From a virus (taxonomy: Duplodnaviria > Caudoviricetes), in the IMG/VR virus record IMGVR_UViG_3300025276_003682, positions 1 to 59,988 of that record: a DNA stretch of 59,988 nucleotides; one strand, written 5' to 3'. Every line of letters starts with the position of its first letter. Position 1 is the first letter of the stretch. The notes under the pieces were generated by a model. That model had not been told where the DNA came from, did not search any database, and saw only the letters and a list, made by a program, of their open reading frames with translations. This document shows positions 20,487-30,708 of the stretch, piece by piece. The position numbers and the translations under genes are program-made.

Positions 20487-20774
20487 ATGGCAAATCAAAA
20501 GTTATCAAAAGAAGAGTTAGGAAAGATTGAAGAAATCCAAAAAAGAGTTCAAGCTGTAAGAGCTGAATTAGGAAATGTAGGCCTAGCAGAAATAGATTTA
20601 AAAACTCGTAAGACTAACATCGAGCAGTACTTAACAGAAACACAAGAGCAAGAAGCTGCTGTAGTTAAGGAGTTAGAAGAGAAATACGGTAAAGGATCTA
20701 TCGATTTACAGAACGGGGAATTCATTCCAACGGAAGAAGTTAAAGAAGAAGAAGTAGTTACTGAAGTAAAGTAA
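20487..20774 (+). CDS. Hypothetical coiled-coil protein (95 aa)
   Basis: E/K-rich helical ORF ending LEEKYGKGSIDLQNGEF. Confidence 0.7.
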   Translation: MANQKLSKEELGKIEEIQKRVQAVRAELGNVGLAEIDLKTRKTNIEQYLTETQEQEAAVVKELEEKYGKGSIDLQNGEFIPTEEVKEEEVVTEVK

Positions 20775-20800
20775 ATCTACTAATTTAGTAATATTGGTTA

Positions 20801-20827
20801 GAGGGGAAGGTTTTGTACCTTCCCTTC
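20801..20827 (+). terminator. Stem-loop, probable terminator
   Basis: gaggggaaggt-tttgt-accttcccttc, 11-bp stem with one GU pair and a weak U tail. Confidence 0.55.
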
Positions 20828-20921
20828 CTATTTATATACAAATAACTACCTGTACACTACAGGAACGGTTTACAAAATAAGCTGATATTTATAAAAGACA
20901 TTTAAATAAACTTCATTAAAC

Positions 20922-23084
20922 ATGGCAGAAACAATTATCTCTCCAGGTGTATTCACAAGAGAAAATGATATTTCATTTATCCAACCAGCCCCTGTAGCAG
21001 CAGGCGCTGCAATTATCGGACCAGCAGTAAAAGGACCAAAAGAAATTCCAACATTAGTTACCTCTTACGGTGATTATGTAAGGAAATTTGGTACTACTTT
21101 AACATCAGGATCTAACTCTTATGAATTCTTAACTTCTATCGCAGTTAAAAATTATTTTCAACAAGGTGGTAACTCAGTATTAGTTTCTAGAGTAGTAACA
21201 GGATCATTCGATTCTGCTTCATCTACTACGATAAGTAATACTACTACTGCAACAGGTACAGCATCAGCTTCAGGTTCTGGAGCACTTGTTTCCTTAGCAA
21301 TTGCAGGACAGGAATTCAATGTTGTAGATACTTCAAGTAATACGGTATATAACTTTACAGGAATTACTAACGGAGCTATTCTACCTGACAACAATGTAAA
21401 TTCCAACCTATACTTTTTTGATGTAGGTACCAATATAGAAGGAAGTATTGATAATTTAGGAGCTGTAATTAACAGCCTTAGTAATCTACCTTTTGATGTT
21501 GATCTAACTCATTCACCAGCAACAGAAATTGAAGTAGTTGCATCTACAGCAGGAACAGCAGGTAACTCTTTTAATTTTGTTACCGGTTCTGTCGCAGGAG
21601 GAGAACCTGACTCTATTTTATTTAGCTTAGAAGGAGGTACACAGACAACATCTACTACTACAAACTCATTTATATTAGCAACCTTAGGAGAAGGTGAAAT
21701 ATACAATAATGCACTTAGTACGAATTCAATAGCACAAAACTCAGATAGTTCACTAGTATCGGGTAGTGCTGATAACTTAAGATGGGAAGTAAGTAATAAA
21801 AATGAAGATTTAGGTACATTTACTTTAAGTGTTCGTCAAGGAGATGATAGCTTAAAAAACAAAATTGTACTAGAAACATTCAACAACTTATCTCTAGATC
21901 CTAAATCAGCAAATTATATAGAGAGCGTAATAGGAAATCAACAAAAAGTGCTAGCAACAGACGGAGATGGTTCGAAATATATTCAAACACAAGGAGAATA
22001 TGTTAATAAATCAAACTACATAAGAGTTTCTAGTGTACCAGCACAGACATTAGATTATTTAGCAAACGACGGAGCAACAGTTAATACTGATTCAGAAGGA
22101 GTAAGTTATGTTAATTCTCTTCCAATAGCACAATCAGGATCATTCTTTGGAGCAAATGGAGCTCATTTTGGAGACAGGCATGCTAAATTTTTCGGAGAAA
22201 TAACAGGAGTAGATTCACAAGGACTTACCGGAGCAAACTATTCAGACGTTATATCAGTATTAGGAAATAATGACGACTACATATTTAACATTATATCTGC
22301 ACCAGGGTTAGCTTATAACTTAACCGGACACACTACACCTATAGACAGTCTTATATCTTTAGCAGAGACTAGAGGAGATTGTATAGCAGTAGTAGACTTA
22401 GTAGACTACTCAGTAACAGGTGAATCAACAGTAACAGGACAAGCAGCAGGACTTAACAGTTCTTACGCAGCTTCTTACTGGCCATGGTTACAGACTCAAT
22501 CTGCAACAGGCAGAAACGAATGGATTCCAGCATCAGTTGTTATTCCAGGAGTATATGCTTTCACAGATAACAGTTCAGCACCTTGGTTTGCACCAGCAGG
22601 ATTAGTAAGAGGTGGAATTACAGGAGTAATACAAGCTCAAAAGAGACTAACAAGAACTCAGAGAGATACACTATACTCTAAGAAAGTAAATCCAATAGCT
22701 TCTTTCCCAGGACAAGGAATATCAGTATTCGGTCAGAAGACTCTACAGACTAAAGCATCAGCATTAGACAGAGTAAATGTAAGAAGATTGTTAATTGAGT
22801 TGAAAAAGTTTATTGGAGACGAATCAAGAAACTTAGTATTCGAACAAAATACATTAACAACTAGAAACAGATTCTTAGCTAAAGTAAATCCTTACTTAGA
22901 GTCAGTAGTACAAAGACAGGGTCTATATGCTTATAGAGTAGTAATGGACGACACAAACAACACTGCAGACGTAGTAGACAGAAATCAATTAATAGGTCAA
23001 ATCTTCATTCAACCAGCCAAAACTGCTGAATTCGTAGTACTAGACTTTACAATTGAGCCAACTGGAGCAACTTTTGCAGGATAA
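20922..23084 (+). CDS. Contractile tail sheath protein
   Basis: SPGVFTREND, IIGPAVKGP, PWFAPAGLVRG, FGQKTLQ, ALDRVNVRRLLI, FEQN and QPAKTAEFV sheath motifs. Confidence 0.95.
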   Translation: MAETIISPGVFTRENDISFIQPAPVAAGAAIIGPAVKGPKEIPTLVTSYGDYVRKFGTTLTSGSNSYEFLTSIAVKNYFQQGGNSVLVSRVVTGSFDSASSTTISNTTTATGTASASGSGALVSLAIAGQEFNVVDTSSNTVYNFTGITNGAILPDNNVNSNLYFFDVGTNIEGSIDNLGAVINSLSNLPFDVDLTHSPATEIEVVASTAGTAGNSFNFVTGSVAGGEPDSILFSLEGGTQTTSTTTNSFILATLGEGEIYNNALSTNSIAQNSDSSLVSGSADNLRWEVSNKNEDLGTFTLSVRQGDDSLKNKIVLETFNNLSLDPKSANYIESVIGNQQKVLATDGDGSKYIQTQGEYVNKSNYIRVSSVPAQTLDYLANDGATVNTDSEGVSYVNSLPIAQSGSFFGANGAHFGDRHAKFFGEITGVDSQGLTGANYSDVISVLGNNDDYIFNIISAPGLAYNLTGHTTPIDSLISLAETRGDCIAVVDLVDYSVTGESTVTGQAAGLNSSYAASYWPWLQTQSATGRNEWIPASVVIPGVYAFTDNSSAPWFAPAGLVRGGITGVIQAQKRLTRTQRDTLYSKKVNPIASFPGQGISVFGQKTLQTKASALDRVNVRRLLIELKKFIGDESRNLVFEQNTLTTRNRFLAKVNPYLESVVQRQGLYAYRVVMDDTNNTADVVDRNQLIGQIFIQPAKTAEFVVLDFTIEPTGATFAG

Positions 23085-23121
23085 ATTTAAATTAAGATAT
23101 TTATAATAAACAATAAATAAA

Positions 23122-23607
23122 ATGGCAGTATTAGATCCAAACGAAATTATGTTTAGAGCCTTCGAACCGAAGGTACAGAATAGATTCATCATGTACATGG
23201 ACAACATTCCATCATTCATGATAAAAACAGTATCAGCTCCTTCGTTTGAAGATGGGGAAGTTGTGCTAGACCACATCAACTCTTACCGTAAGATTAGAGG
23301 GAAGAGAATGTGGAATGATATGGACATGACATTATATGATCCAATTACACCTTCCGGAGCTCAAGCAGTAATGGAATGGGCAAGACTATCTTACGAATCA
23401 GTAACAGGTCGTGCAGGGTATTCAGATTTCTACAAAAAAGACTTAACACTTAATGTTTTAGGTCCAGTAGGAGACGTAGTATCAGAATGGATTATTAAAG
23501 GTGCATTTATCAAAACTATGTCACAAGGGGACTTTGACTGGTCAGCACCAGATGCAGTTGAATTATCAATGACTGTAGCAATGGATTATTGCGTACTTAA
23601 TTACTAA
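23122..23607 (+). CDS. Tail tube protein (T4 gp19-like)
   Basis: Follows the sheath gene. FEPKVQNRF, W.DM.MTLYDPI and EWIIKGAF motifs. Confidence 0.9.
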   Translation: MAVLDPNEIMFRAFEPKVQNRFIMYMDNIPSFMIKTVSAPSFEDGEVVLDHINSYRKIRGKRMWNDMDMTLYDPITPSGAQAVMEWARLSYESVTGRAGYSDFYKKDLTLNVLGPVGDVVSEWIIKGAFIKTMSQGDFDWSAPDAVELSMTVAMDYCVLNY

Positions 23608-23626
23608 TACAAGCCTTAATATAAAT

Positions 23627-23652
23627 AAAAGCTCGATTAATTTCGGGCTTTT
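23627..23652 (+). terminator. Rho-independent terminator
   Basis: aaaagctcga-ttaatt-tcgggctttt followed by gttgtttt. Confidence 0.7.
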
Positions 23653-23715
23653 GTTGTTTTAGAAAAGTATTCTTCGTATATTTATACTAAGAACTAGTTT
23701 TAATTAATAAAATTT

Positions 23716-24459
23716 ATGGAACAAACACAAAAATTCCCAACGGAGATAGTAGATCTACCTTCTATGGGTAAACTTTACCCAAAAGAATCCCAACTATCTA
23801 GCGGTACAATTGAAATGAAGTATATGACTGCTAAAGAAGAGGATATTTTAACCAACCAGAACTATATAGAAAAAGGTATAGTAATTGATAAACTACTTAA
23901 AGCTCTTATAGTAGATAAGACTATAAACTACAACGAATTGCTGGTGGGAGATAAAAACGCTCTACTAATAGCAGCACGTATTTTAGGCTACGGTAAAGAT
24001 TATGAGTTTAATTATAACGGATTAACAGAGAAAGTTGATTTATCTTTACTAGATAATAAGAAACTACATACGGATATTGTAAAAGCAACTGAAAATGCCT
24101 TTAACTTTACCCTACCTACCACAGGACACGTTATTACATTTAAACTACTTGCACACGGAGATGAATCAGCGATTGATCAAGAAGTGAAAGGGCTTAAAAA
24201 AATTAACAAAGAATCATCAGCTGAATTATCTACTAGACTAAAGCATATGATTACGGCAGTTAACGGTGAAGCAGAGAAAAAAACCGTTAGATCATTCGTT
24301 GATAATCAATTCTTAGCAAGAGACTCTAGAGCGTTTAGAAACTACCTTAGAGACTTTCAACCAGACGTAGACATGAAGTTCTATCCAGAGGACGGTCCAG
24401 AAGGGGGGATAGATATCCCAATTGGGGTTAATTTTCTTTGGCCTGACGCCGTCGTATAG
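23716..24459 (+). CDS. Baseplate hub assembly / tail assembly chaperone (T4 gp26-like)
   Basis: VDLPS.GKLYP, MTAKEEDIL, GDKNALLIAARILGYG and C-terminal FLWPD. Lies between tube and tape measure. Confidence 0.8.
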   Translation: MEQTQKFPTEIVDLPSMGKLYPKESQLSSGTIEMKYMTAKEEDILTNQNYIEKGIVIDKLLKALIVDKTINYNELLVGDKNALLIAARILGYGKDYEFNYNGLTEKVDLSLLDNKKLHTDIVKATENAFNFTLPTTGHVITFKLLAHGDESAIDQEVKGLKKINKESSAELSTRLKHMITAVNGEAEKKTVRSFVDNQFLARDSRAFRNYLRDFQPDVDMKFYPEDGPEGGIDIPIGVNFLWPDAVV

Positions 24460-24688
24460 GTTATCTGTATTTACGCAAATTCATGAAATAGTATTCCACG
24501 GCAAAGGAGGGTTTGATTACGATACGGTATATAATATGCCTATATGGTTAAGAAACTTCACCTTTCAGAAATTACAAGACCATTTCGAAAAAGAAAAAGC
24601 CGAATACGATAAAATTAATAAGAAATCCCAGACAATGAAAGGTGGACAAGTAAAGAAACCTTCTTACAGTACAAAGGCTCGTAAATAA
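24422..24688 (+). CDS. Chaperone C-terminal extension, probably reached by +1 frameshift from 23716..24459
   Basis: Overlaps the upstream gene in the +1 frame. No ATG before the conserved-looking QIHEIVFHG.GG...YNMPIWLR segment. Confidence 0.65.
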   Translation: MGLIFFGLTPSYRLSVFTQIHEIVFHGKGGFDYDTVYNMPIWLRNFTFQKLQDHFEKEKAEYDKINKKSQTMKGGQVKKPSYSTKARK

Positions 24689-24699
24689 CGCGAGCCTTT
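24673..24699 (+). terminator. Stem-loop at the end of the chaperone extension
   Basis: aaaggctcg-taaataacg-cgagccttt, perfect 9-bp inverted repeat. Confidence 0.6.
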
Positions 24700-24726
24700 A
24701 CTATTTATAATAAACTTACTATATAA

Positions 24727-27700
24727 ATGGCAGAAGGTAATTTAAATAAAGAACTAATACTCTTAAAGAGGCAACTTGAAAACTTAGGTGCTAAACCTAG
24801 AGAAATTGATGCTATAACTGCCGCATTTACGGCATTAACAGGAAATGTAGCAGGAACTGCTGCTGAAATGGAAAGAGTACGTAGCCGTGTAGCACAGTTA
24901 AATACTGAAGCTGAATCACTAAACACTCCTTTTAAAGACCTTTTAGAAATAGTTCAGAAAAATGCAGCAGCTTTAGATAATAATGTTTCTGCAATTTCCA
25001 AAGCTAAATCTCTTCAAAATAAAGTTGTAAGTATTACTCAGGAGTTAAAAATGGATAATGAAGGTATCACCGACCTATCCAAACGTCAGCTCGATACTAA
25101 ATTAGCGACCTTAGAAAAAACTAGGCAGCAATTAGGTGCAAACTCCGACCTTGCTCAAATTCAACTTGACCAGCTTAAGATAACTAATAAATCATCTGAT
25201 GCTGATAAAGCCCGAGCTGTTAAACTTAGTGAGATACTAAAATACCAGGCAGATTTTGATGCAGGATTAGGAGGTATTCTAGCTAGAACAAAACAAAGAC
25301 TTGATTTAGAAAGGTCTATAAATGAAAATATGGGTGTAGCCGGTGCCTTAGTAGGAGGTACTGGTGCATTAATGGAAAGACTAGGTATGAGATCTGGTAT
25401 TTTCCACCAAGCTATGGAAGACGCAAACGAAGAAATGCGTGATATGGCAAAAAACATGGGGGAAAATGTTTCCTTTATGAATAAGCTTAAAATAGCAGCA
25501 AAAGGTTTTTCAACTTTAGCAGATGGCTTCGGCCCTGCATTAAGGGATCCGACAGTTATAGTAGGTAAGATAGTAACCGCGTTCTTTGATGTTAATAAAG
25601 CACAAACAGAATTCATACAGTTAACAGGTCAATCAGCAGCCTCACTCGGTGGAGTAAACACTGAAGTAGCCTCTATGACTGATTTGTTAAAAACAGCAGC
25701 AGCTTTTACTAAACAGACAGGATTAAATGCAGCCGCTATATTTACACCACAACAGATAGGTCAAATAGCAGATGCTACAGAATTATTAGGCATTTCAGCT
25801 GAACAAGGAGTTAAGCTAGGAATGATAATGAAACAGACAGGTAAGTCTGCTGATGATATAGGAAATGCCATATACCGTAACGTAGATGCAGGAATATCAA
25901 ACAAAGTAGTCTACGACGATGTATTGAGTGCTTCTGATGACATAGTTGCTTCATCAGGCGGTAACGTAGAAGCATTAGGTAGAGCAGCATCAGCTGCTAG
26001 AAAGCTAGGTTTAGATTTAAGTAAAGTAAATCAAATAGCTGACGGTTTACTGGACTTTGAAGCATCTATTGAAAGTGAACTAGAAGCACAACTACTTACA
26101 GGTAAAAATATTAACTTAAATAAAGCAAGAGAATTAGCATTAAATAATGATCTTGAAGGAGTAGCAAAAGAATTAGAAAAAAACGGAGCATCTGCAGCAG
26201 AATTTGCTAAAATGAACCGTATACAGCAACAGTCTTTAGCTAAAGCTATGGGATTGTCTAGGGAAGAACTAGGTAAGATGGTATTGACTAAAAAAGCAAT
26301 GGCTAATATGTCTGACGACGAAATTGCAAACGCCAGAGGAATGACCTTAGAACAGTCCAAACAAATGGATATTCAGTCCAGAATTACGAAATCTACGGAT
26401 AAGTTAGCACAGGCATTTGCTCCAATCTTAGAAGCAGTAGTTCCTATAGTAGAAGCATTATTATCAGTAATTAGGCCCATAGCAGCCGCTGTCGGGTATC
26501 TTTTAAAGTTCAAAGCAGTATCCATTGCATTAACAACAGTACTTACTGGAATTGCCGGTTTTTTCGCAGTTAAAAAAATAGCTAATTTTGTCGGTGTAGG
26601 AATAAAAGGGTTTAGTGCAATGAGATCATCCCTAGGCGGACTGGGGAAAGGACTTGAAGGAGTTAAAGGTCTGTTTGGAAAAGCAGGGAAAAGCATAACA
26701 GACTCATTTAGTAAAGGGTTGGGAGACAAAACAAAAGTAGCTTTTGATAAAAATATAAATCGATTTAGAGATCAGGCAACTGGTAAATTAGTATCTGCTG
26801 ATAATGCAAAAAAACTAGGAGCTAAAATGCCTGATAGTTTAAAGAAAACAGGCGATACTGTAGGAGATTTAGGTAAGAAAACAAAAAACGTAAAAGCAGA
26901 TTCAGGAGCAGGCATCAGAGGATTTCTTAAAGGCCTAGGAGATGGATTGGCATCTATAGGTAGACAGATAGGTGATGTTATAAAAGGATCTATAGCAATA
27001 GGAGTTGCAGGATTAGCTCTTGGAGGTTCATTTGCACTTGCATTAAGAATGGTTAAAGATGTAGATCCGGCACAAATGCTTGCATTTGCAGGATCATTAA
27101 GTATGCTAGGACTGACCTTAGCAGTATTAGGAAAAATTGGAGGAAGTGTAATACAAGGAGCTTTAGCAATGGGAATTTTAGGAGCAGCTTTGATACCCGC
27201 AGCATACGCATTTAGCTTACTAGACGGTATTAAACCAGGTCAAATGTTTGCATTTGCTGGTGCTTTAACACTATTAGGATTAGCAGCAGCAGGTTTAGGA
27301 TTCTTATTTCCCTTTATAGCAGCAGGAGCAGGAGCAATAGCCTTACTAGGAGCTTCATTACTACCAGTAGCATTTGCATTTAACATATTAGGTAATTCAC
27401 CTATAGAATCTATTATAGGTAAATTATCCGGATTAGCATCAATAGCACCACAGTTACTAATGGTAGGAGCAGGATTGATGTCTATAGCTGCAGGATTAGG
27501 TATGGTAGCCATTTCAGGAATCGCAGCAATACCGGCTCTAGCCGCTTTATCTGCTTTTGCTTTAGTAGCCTCTCCATTAGCAGCCCTTGGAGGACTGTTT
27601 GGAAATGAAGAAGAAGACAAAGACAACTCAATGGCAGAAATATCATCTAAACTAGATACTCTTATATCGGTAGTGTCAGCAGGAGGAAATGTATACCTAG

Positions 27701-27753
27701 ACGGCGATAAAGTAGGAGAGACACAGGTACTAGGTAACTATAAACTTTCTTAA
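24727..27753 (+). CDS. Tail tape measure protein
   Basis: 1008-aa Ala/Gly/Leu-rich helical protein with LLDFEASIESELEAQLLTGK, hydrophobic C-terminal repeats and VYLDGDKVG end. Canonical position. Confidence 0.9.
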   Translation: MAEGNLNKELILLKRQLENLGAKPREIDAITAAFTALTGNVAGTAAEMERVRSRVAQLNTEAESLNTPFKDLLEIVQKNAAALDNNVSAISKAKSLQNKVVSITQELKMDNEGITDLSKRQLDTKLATLEKTRQQLGANSDLAQIQLDQLKITNKSSDADKARAVKLSEILKYQADFDAGLGGILARTKQRLDLERSINENMGVAGALVGGTGALMERLGMRSGIFHQAMEDANEEMRDMAKNMGENVSFMNKLKIAAKGFSTLADGFGPALRDPTVIVGKIVTAFFDVNKAQTEFIQLTGQSAASLGGVNTEVASMTDLLKTAAAFTKQTGLNAAAIFTPQQIGQIADATELLGISAEQGVKLGMIMKQTGKSADDIGNAIYRNVDAGISNKVVYDDVLSASDDIVASSGGNVEALGRAASAARKLGLDLSKVNQIADGLLDFEASIESELEAQLLTGKNINLNKARELALNNDLEGVAKELEKNGASAAEFAKMNRIQQQSLAKAMGLSREELGKMVLTKKAMANMSDDEIANARGMTLEQSKQMDIQSRITKSTDKLAQAFAPILEAVVPIVEALLSVIRPIAAAVGYLLKFKAVSIALTTVLTGIAGFFAVKKIANFVGVGIKGFSAMRSSLGGLGKGLEGVKGLFGKAGKSITDSFSKGLGDKTKVAFDKNINRFRDQATGKLVSADNAKKLGAKMPDSLKKTGDTVGDLGKKTKNVKADSGAGIRGFLKGLGDGLASIGRQIGDVIKGSIAIGVAGLALGGSFALALRMVKDVDPAQMLAFAGSLSMLGLTLAVLGKIGGSVIQGALAMGILGAALIPAAYAFSLLDGIKPGQMFAFAGALTLLGLAAAGLGFLFPFIAAGAGAIALLGASLLPVAFAFNILGNSPIESIIGKLSGLASIAPQLLMVGAGLMSIAAGLGMVAISGIAAIPALAALSAFALVASPLAALGGLFGNEEEDKDNSMAEISSKLDTLISVVSAGGNVYLDGDKVGETQVLGNYKLS

Positions 27754-27790
27754 CTTCTATTTATAATAAAATAAACTAAATTTAATAATT

Positions 27791-28000
27791 ATGGCTAACG
27801 GAATAATAGACAATCAACTACCTAATTCGAACTTAGGTTTAAAAGGAGCAACACCACCTCAAAGAAATGGAGCAAAAGGAAAATCTACTCTACATTACCA
27901 ATCATCGTTAAATAACATACCAGCGATTAATCAAAGTCCTTCAGGACTGGATCTAGATGGAGTAACCCCGGACAAATACTCAGATAACCCTCCAGCATAA
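27791..28000 (+). CDS. Hypothetical protein (69 aa)
   Basis: ATG with A-rich leader downstream of TATTTATA. Confidence 0.65.
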   Translation: MANGIIDNQLPNSNLGLKGATPPQRNGAKGKSTLHYQSSLNNIPAINQSPSGLDLDGVTPDKYSDNPPA

Positions 28001-28004
28001 GCTC

Positions 28005-30374
28005 ATGCCAATTATAAGGAACCTTAAAAAAGACTTTGAAGAAGGCCGTATGGATACTTTACGTTCAGTAACCTATAAGGAAACTGGTACTGAGGCTCCT
28101 TATGTTTCTAAGCCAATAGGTAGTTCATCCGACCAAATTACAAAAAGGATTGACGATCTAGCCCGTATGGGAAAAATGCTTACAGACAATCCGGGACTGA
28201 AACACTTGTCAAAAGAAGCATTACTTAAGCAGGGAGAGATAACGGATAAGTTAAGAAGAAACAGCAAATATAATACCGGTACAGATGTAGGTAATTTTCT
28301 TAGAAGAGCAACTGGAACAGTAGAACACTTAGCATTAGTTGCAGGGTCTACCCTAGCACAGATTCCTGTCAATGGAACTGGTACACATTTTGTTAGAGGA
28401 TTTAAAAGAGATACATACTTACAGGAATCTACCGGATTTAAAACTCCTGTTGCCGGGTCTACATACTCCCTTGAAGGTGAGAGCGTTCCTATGTCGGAAG
28501 TCAATTCTAGCTCAACACTTCCAACTAACAACACAACTGCTACACCAGGTGATTTAGGAAGTTTAAATATAGGAACAGAAGGAAAACTAGAAGGAATAGG
28601 CCGTACTGATAGTAAATACAGTCAGTATGCGACCTTTACAGGAGAAGATACTGTTAAAAATGCTAATAATGTTCAAAGCGGAGCAAGCATAGCTAAACCA
28701 TCAGAACTCCTCAGAAATACAACACCATCACCAGAAAGTTTAGGTGTGTCCAATAAGGATGTAATAGGGGATATACCTGAGAAAGTAAATTCAAGCAATT
28801 ACCGCCCGGATACTACCTATACAGAAACTGATACAACTAACAATGCAAATGCTGTCCGTACTGGAACCCCAGTTAGTAACCCTAAAGGAGAAGGACTATT
28901 TAACCAGACTTTTAGTAAACAGACAACAGCCGCAAAGGAGCAATTCGGTATAACAAATACTGGAGTTCAAGGAGATACAGCATCTCTATTAAATACCGAT
29001 ATAACTAAGTTTGAATTAGGGGATAAGAAAACTAAATTAAACACACAAGGTAATATAGTAGCAGCACAACCTGGAAGTACCGGAAGTAAAATTAACATAC
29101 CCTTAACTGAATCCCCAACCCCGGATGAGTTTGTAGATAGGCAAATGTCTAAACAACTATTTTCCTCAGGTAGTACATATACAGGAGAACAGGCTAAAGA
29201 TCACATAAACATACTCAAACATGGAGACGGTATATCAGCAGGTTTAGGAAATAGGGTGAACCTTAATGATGATACCATTGCAGGAACTTCTCAACCGATA
29301 CCGAATAGATTAGATACAGAATCAGCTACATATAATCAACTTAGTTCTTCAACTAAAATAAAAGATTTTAGAGAAACTGATGATTTTGGAGGTGGAATAA
29401 GAAATACATACTCTTTTGACTACAATGATATAAGTATTAATAAAGAAAGAAGAGTAGGCCTAGGCAATCCAGGTAAATCATCAAGACTTAGAACATCTTA
29501 CACAGTTTCTGACCCAGATACAGTAGATAAAATTAATGCACTAGATGTAAGTGAGAAACCTTTAGACGGAATAGAAGAAAACAGGGACTTAATTCAATTG
29601 GAATTCCAAGTTATAACACCAGAGGAAACATATTATATAGCCTTCAGAGCTTTTCTTGATACATTTGACGATAGTTTTAATGCTTCATGGAATTCTAGCA
29701 AATACTTAGGAAGAGCAGACAGTTTCTATACATACAATGGATTTGAAAGATCTATAAATATAGGATTTAAAATAGCAGCACAATCAAGAGAGGAAATGAA
29801 ACCTCTTTACAGAAAAGCAGCTACTTTAGCTTCTGTAACTGCACCTTCATACGGTACAGGTGGAAGATTTATGAGAGGTACTATAGCTAAAGTAACTGTA
29901 GGAGATTATATTTACGAACAACCAGGCATAATAGAATCAGTTCAATATACTTGGCAAAAAGATTACCCTTGGGAAATATCTTTCCAAAACCCAGAAAAAG
30001 AAGGAGGAAAAGATCAAATACTACCTCATGTTTTAGATGTAAGTATATCATTTAAAGTAATACATGATTTCCTTCCTGAAGTAGGTGTGACACCGTTTAT
30101 AACAAACCACAGGCCTATTAAAGGTAATAAAGACGTATACATTCCTTTAGAAGATAGGAAATTTATAATACCGGAAACAGCTGCAGAAAAAAGAGAAAAG
30201 TTAGCTAAAGAAGAAGCAGCTAAAAAAGAAGAAGCAGCAAAAGCAAAGCAAACAGCTGAGGATACTATATTAGTGGAAAACGGACTTACCGGTCCTTTAG
30301 AAAACCCGGATTCTTCAAGAGGAGCAAGCACAGACAGCACTACAAATCAAGGAATCCCCGGTATTAGTTTATAA
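28005..30374 (+). CDS. Baseplate / tail-tube initiator-like protein
   Basis: C-terminal FRAFL..F.DSF.ASW...KYLGR...FY.Y.GFER.I..GFKIAAQS tube-like domain preceded by a long low-complexity linker. Confidence 0.65.
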   Translation: MPIIRNLKKDFEEGRMDTLRSVTYKETGTEAPYVSKPIGSSSDQITKRIDDLARMGKMLTDNPGLKHLSKEALLKQGEITDKLRRNSKYNTGTDVGNFLRRATGTVEHLALVAGSTLAQIPVNGTGTHFVRGFKRDTYLQESTGFKTPVAGSTYSLEGESVPMSEVNSSSTLPTNNTTATPGDLGSLNIGTEGKLEGIGRTDSKYSQYATFTGEDTVKNANNVQSGASIAKPSELLRNTTPSPESLGVSNKDVIGDIPEKVNSSNYRPDTTYTETDTTNNANAVRTGTPVSNPKGEGLFNQTFSKQTTAAKEQFGITNTGVQGDTASLLNTDITKFELGDKKTKLNTQGNIVAAQPGSTGSKINIPLTESPTPDEFVDRQMSKQLFSSGSTYTGEQAKDHINILKHGDGISAGLGNRVNLNDDTIAGTSQPIPNRLDTESATYNQLSSSTKIKDFRETDDFGGGIRNTYSFDYNDISINKERRVGLGNPGKSSRLRTSYTVSDPDTVDKINALDVSEKPLDGIEENRDLIQLEFQVITPEETYYIAFRAFLDTFDDSFNASWNSSKYLGRADSFYTYNGFERSINIGFKIAAQSREEMKPLYRKAATLASVTAPSYGTGGRFMRGTIAKVTVGDYIYEQPGIIESVQYTWQKDYPWEISFQNPEKEGGKDQILPHVLDVSISFKVIHDFLPEVGVTPFITNHRPIKGNKDVYIPLEDRKFIIPETAAEKREKLAKEEAAKKEEAAKAKQTAEDTILVENGLTGPLENPDSSRGASTDSTTNQGIPGISL

Positions 30375-30402
30375 ATAAAAATAAAATTCGTATATTACAA
30401 AT

Positions 30403-30708
30403 ATGGGTAGAAGATTTAAAAAAATACCAACAGTTAATACAAAAGATGGAACAGTTTACAAAAGAAACGTTATCTATCCAGAAATACCTTTGAACGAAAA
30501 CGATGTATATGTTCTATCCCAGTATGGAGACAGGTACGACACATTAGCTTTAGAATTCTATAAAGACTCGGAACTATGGTGGATTATATCATCTGCAAAC
30601 AACTACCAAAAAGGTTCATTAAACATAACACCAGGAGTACAATTAAGAATCCCGGCAGATAAAACATCAGCAATACAGTTATACGAAGAAGTTAATAAAA
30701 ATAGATAA
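30403..30708 (+). CDS. LysM-like baseplate wedge protein (gp53/tail X-like)
   Basis: GDRYDTLALEFYKDSELWWIISSAN...PGVQLRIP. Confidence 0.8.
   Translation: MGRRFKKIPTVNTKDGTVYKRNVIYPEIPLNENDVYVLSQYGDRYDTLALEFYKDSELWWIISSANNYQKGSLNITPGVQLRIPADKTSAIQLYEEVNKNR

Noticed and set aside
20849-20863. Small hairpin cctgta-cac-tacagg upstream of the sheath gene
   Set aside because: Single short stem with no second copy or recognisable motif, too weak to call.
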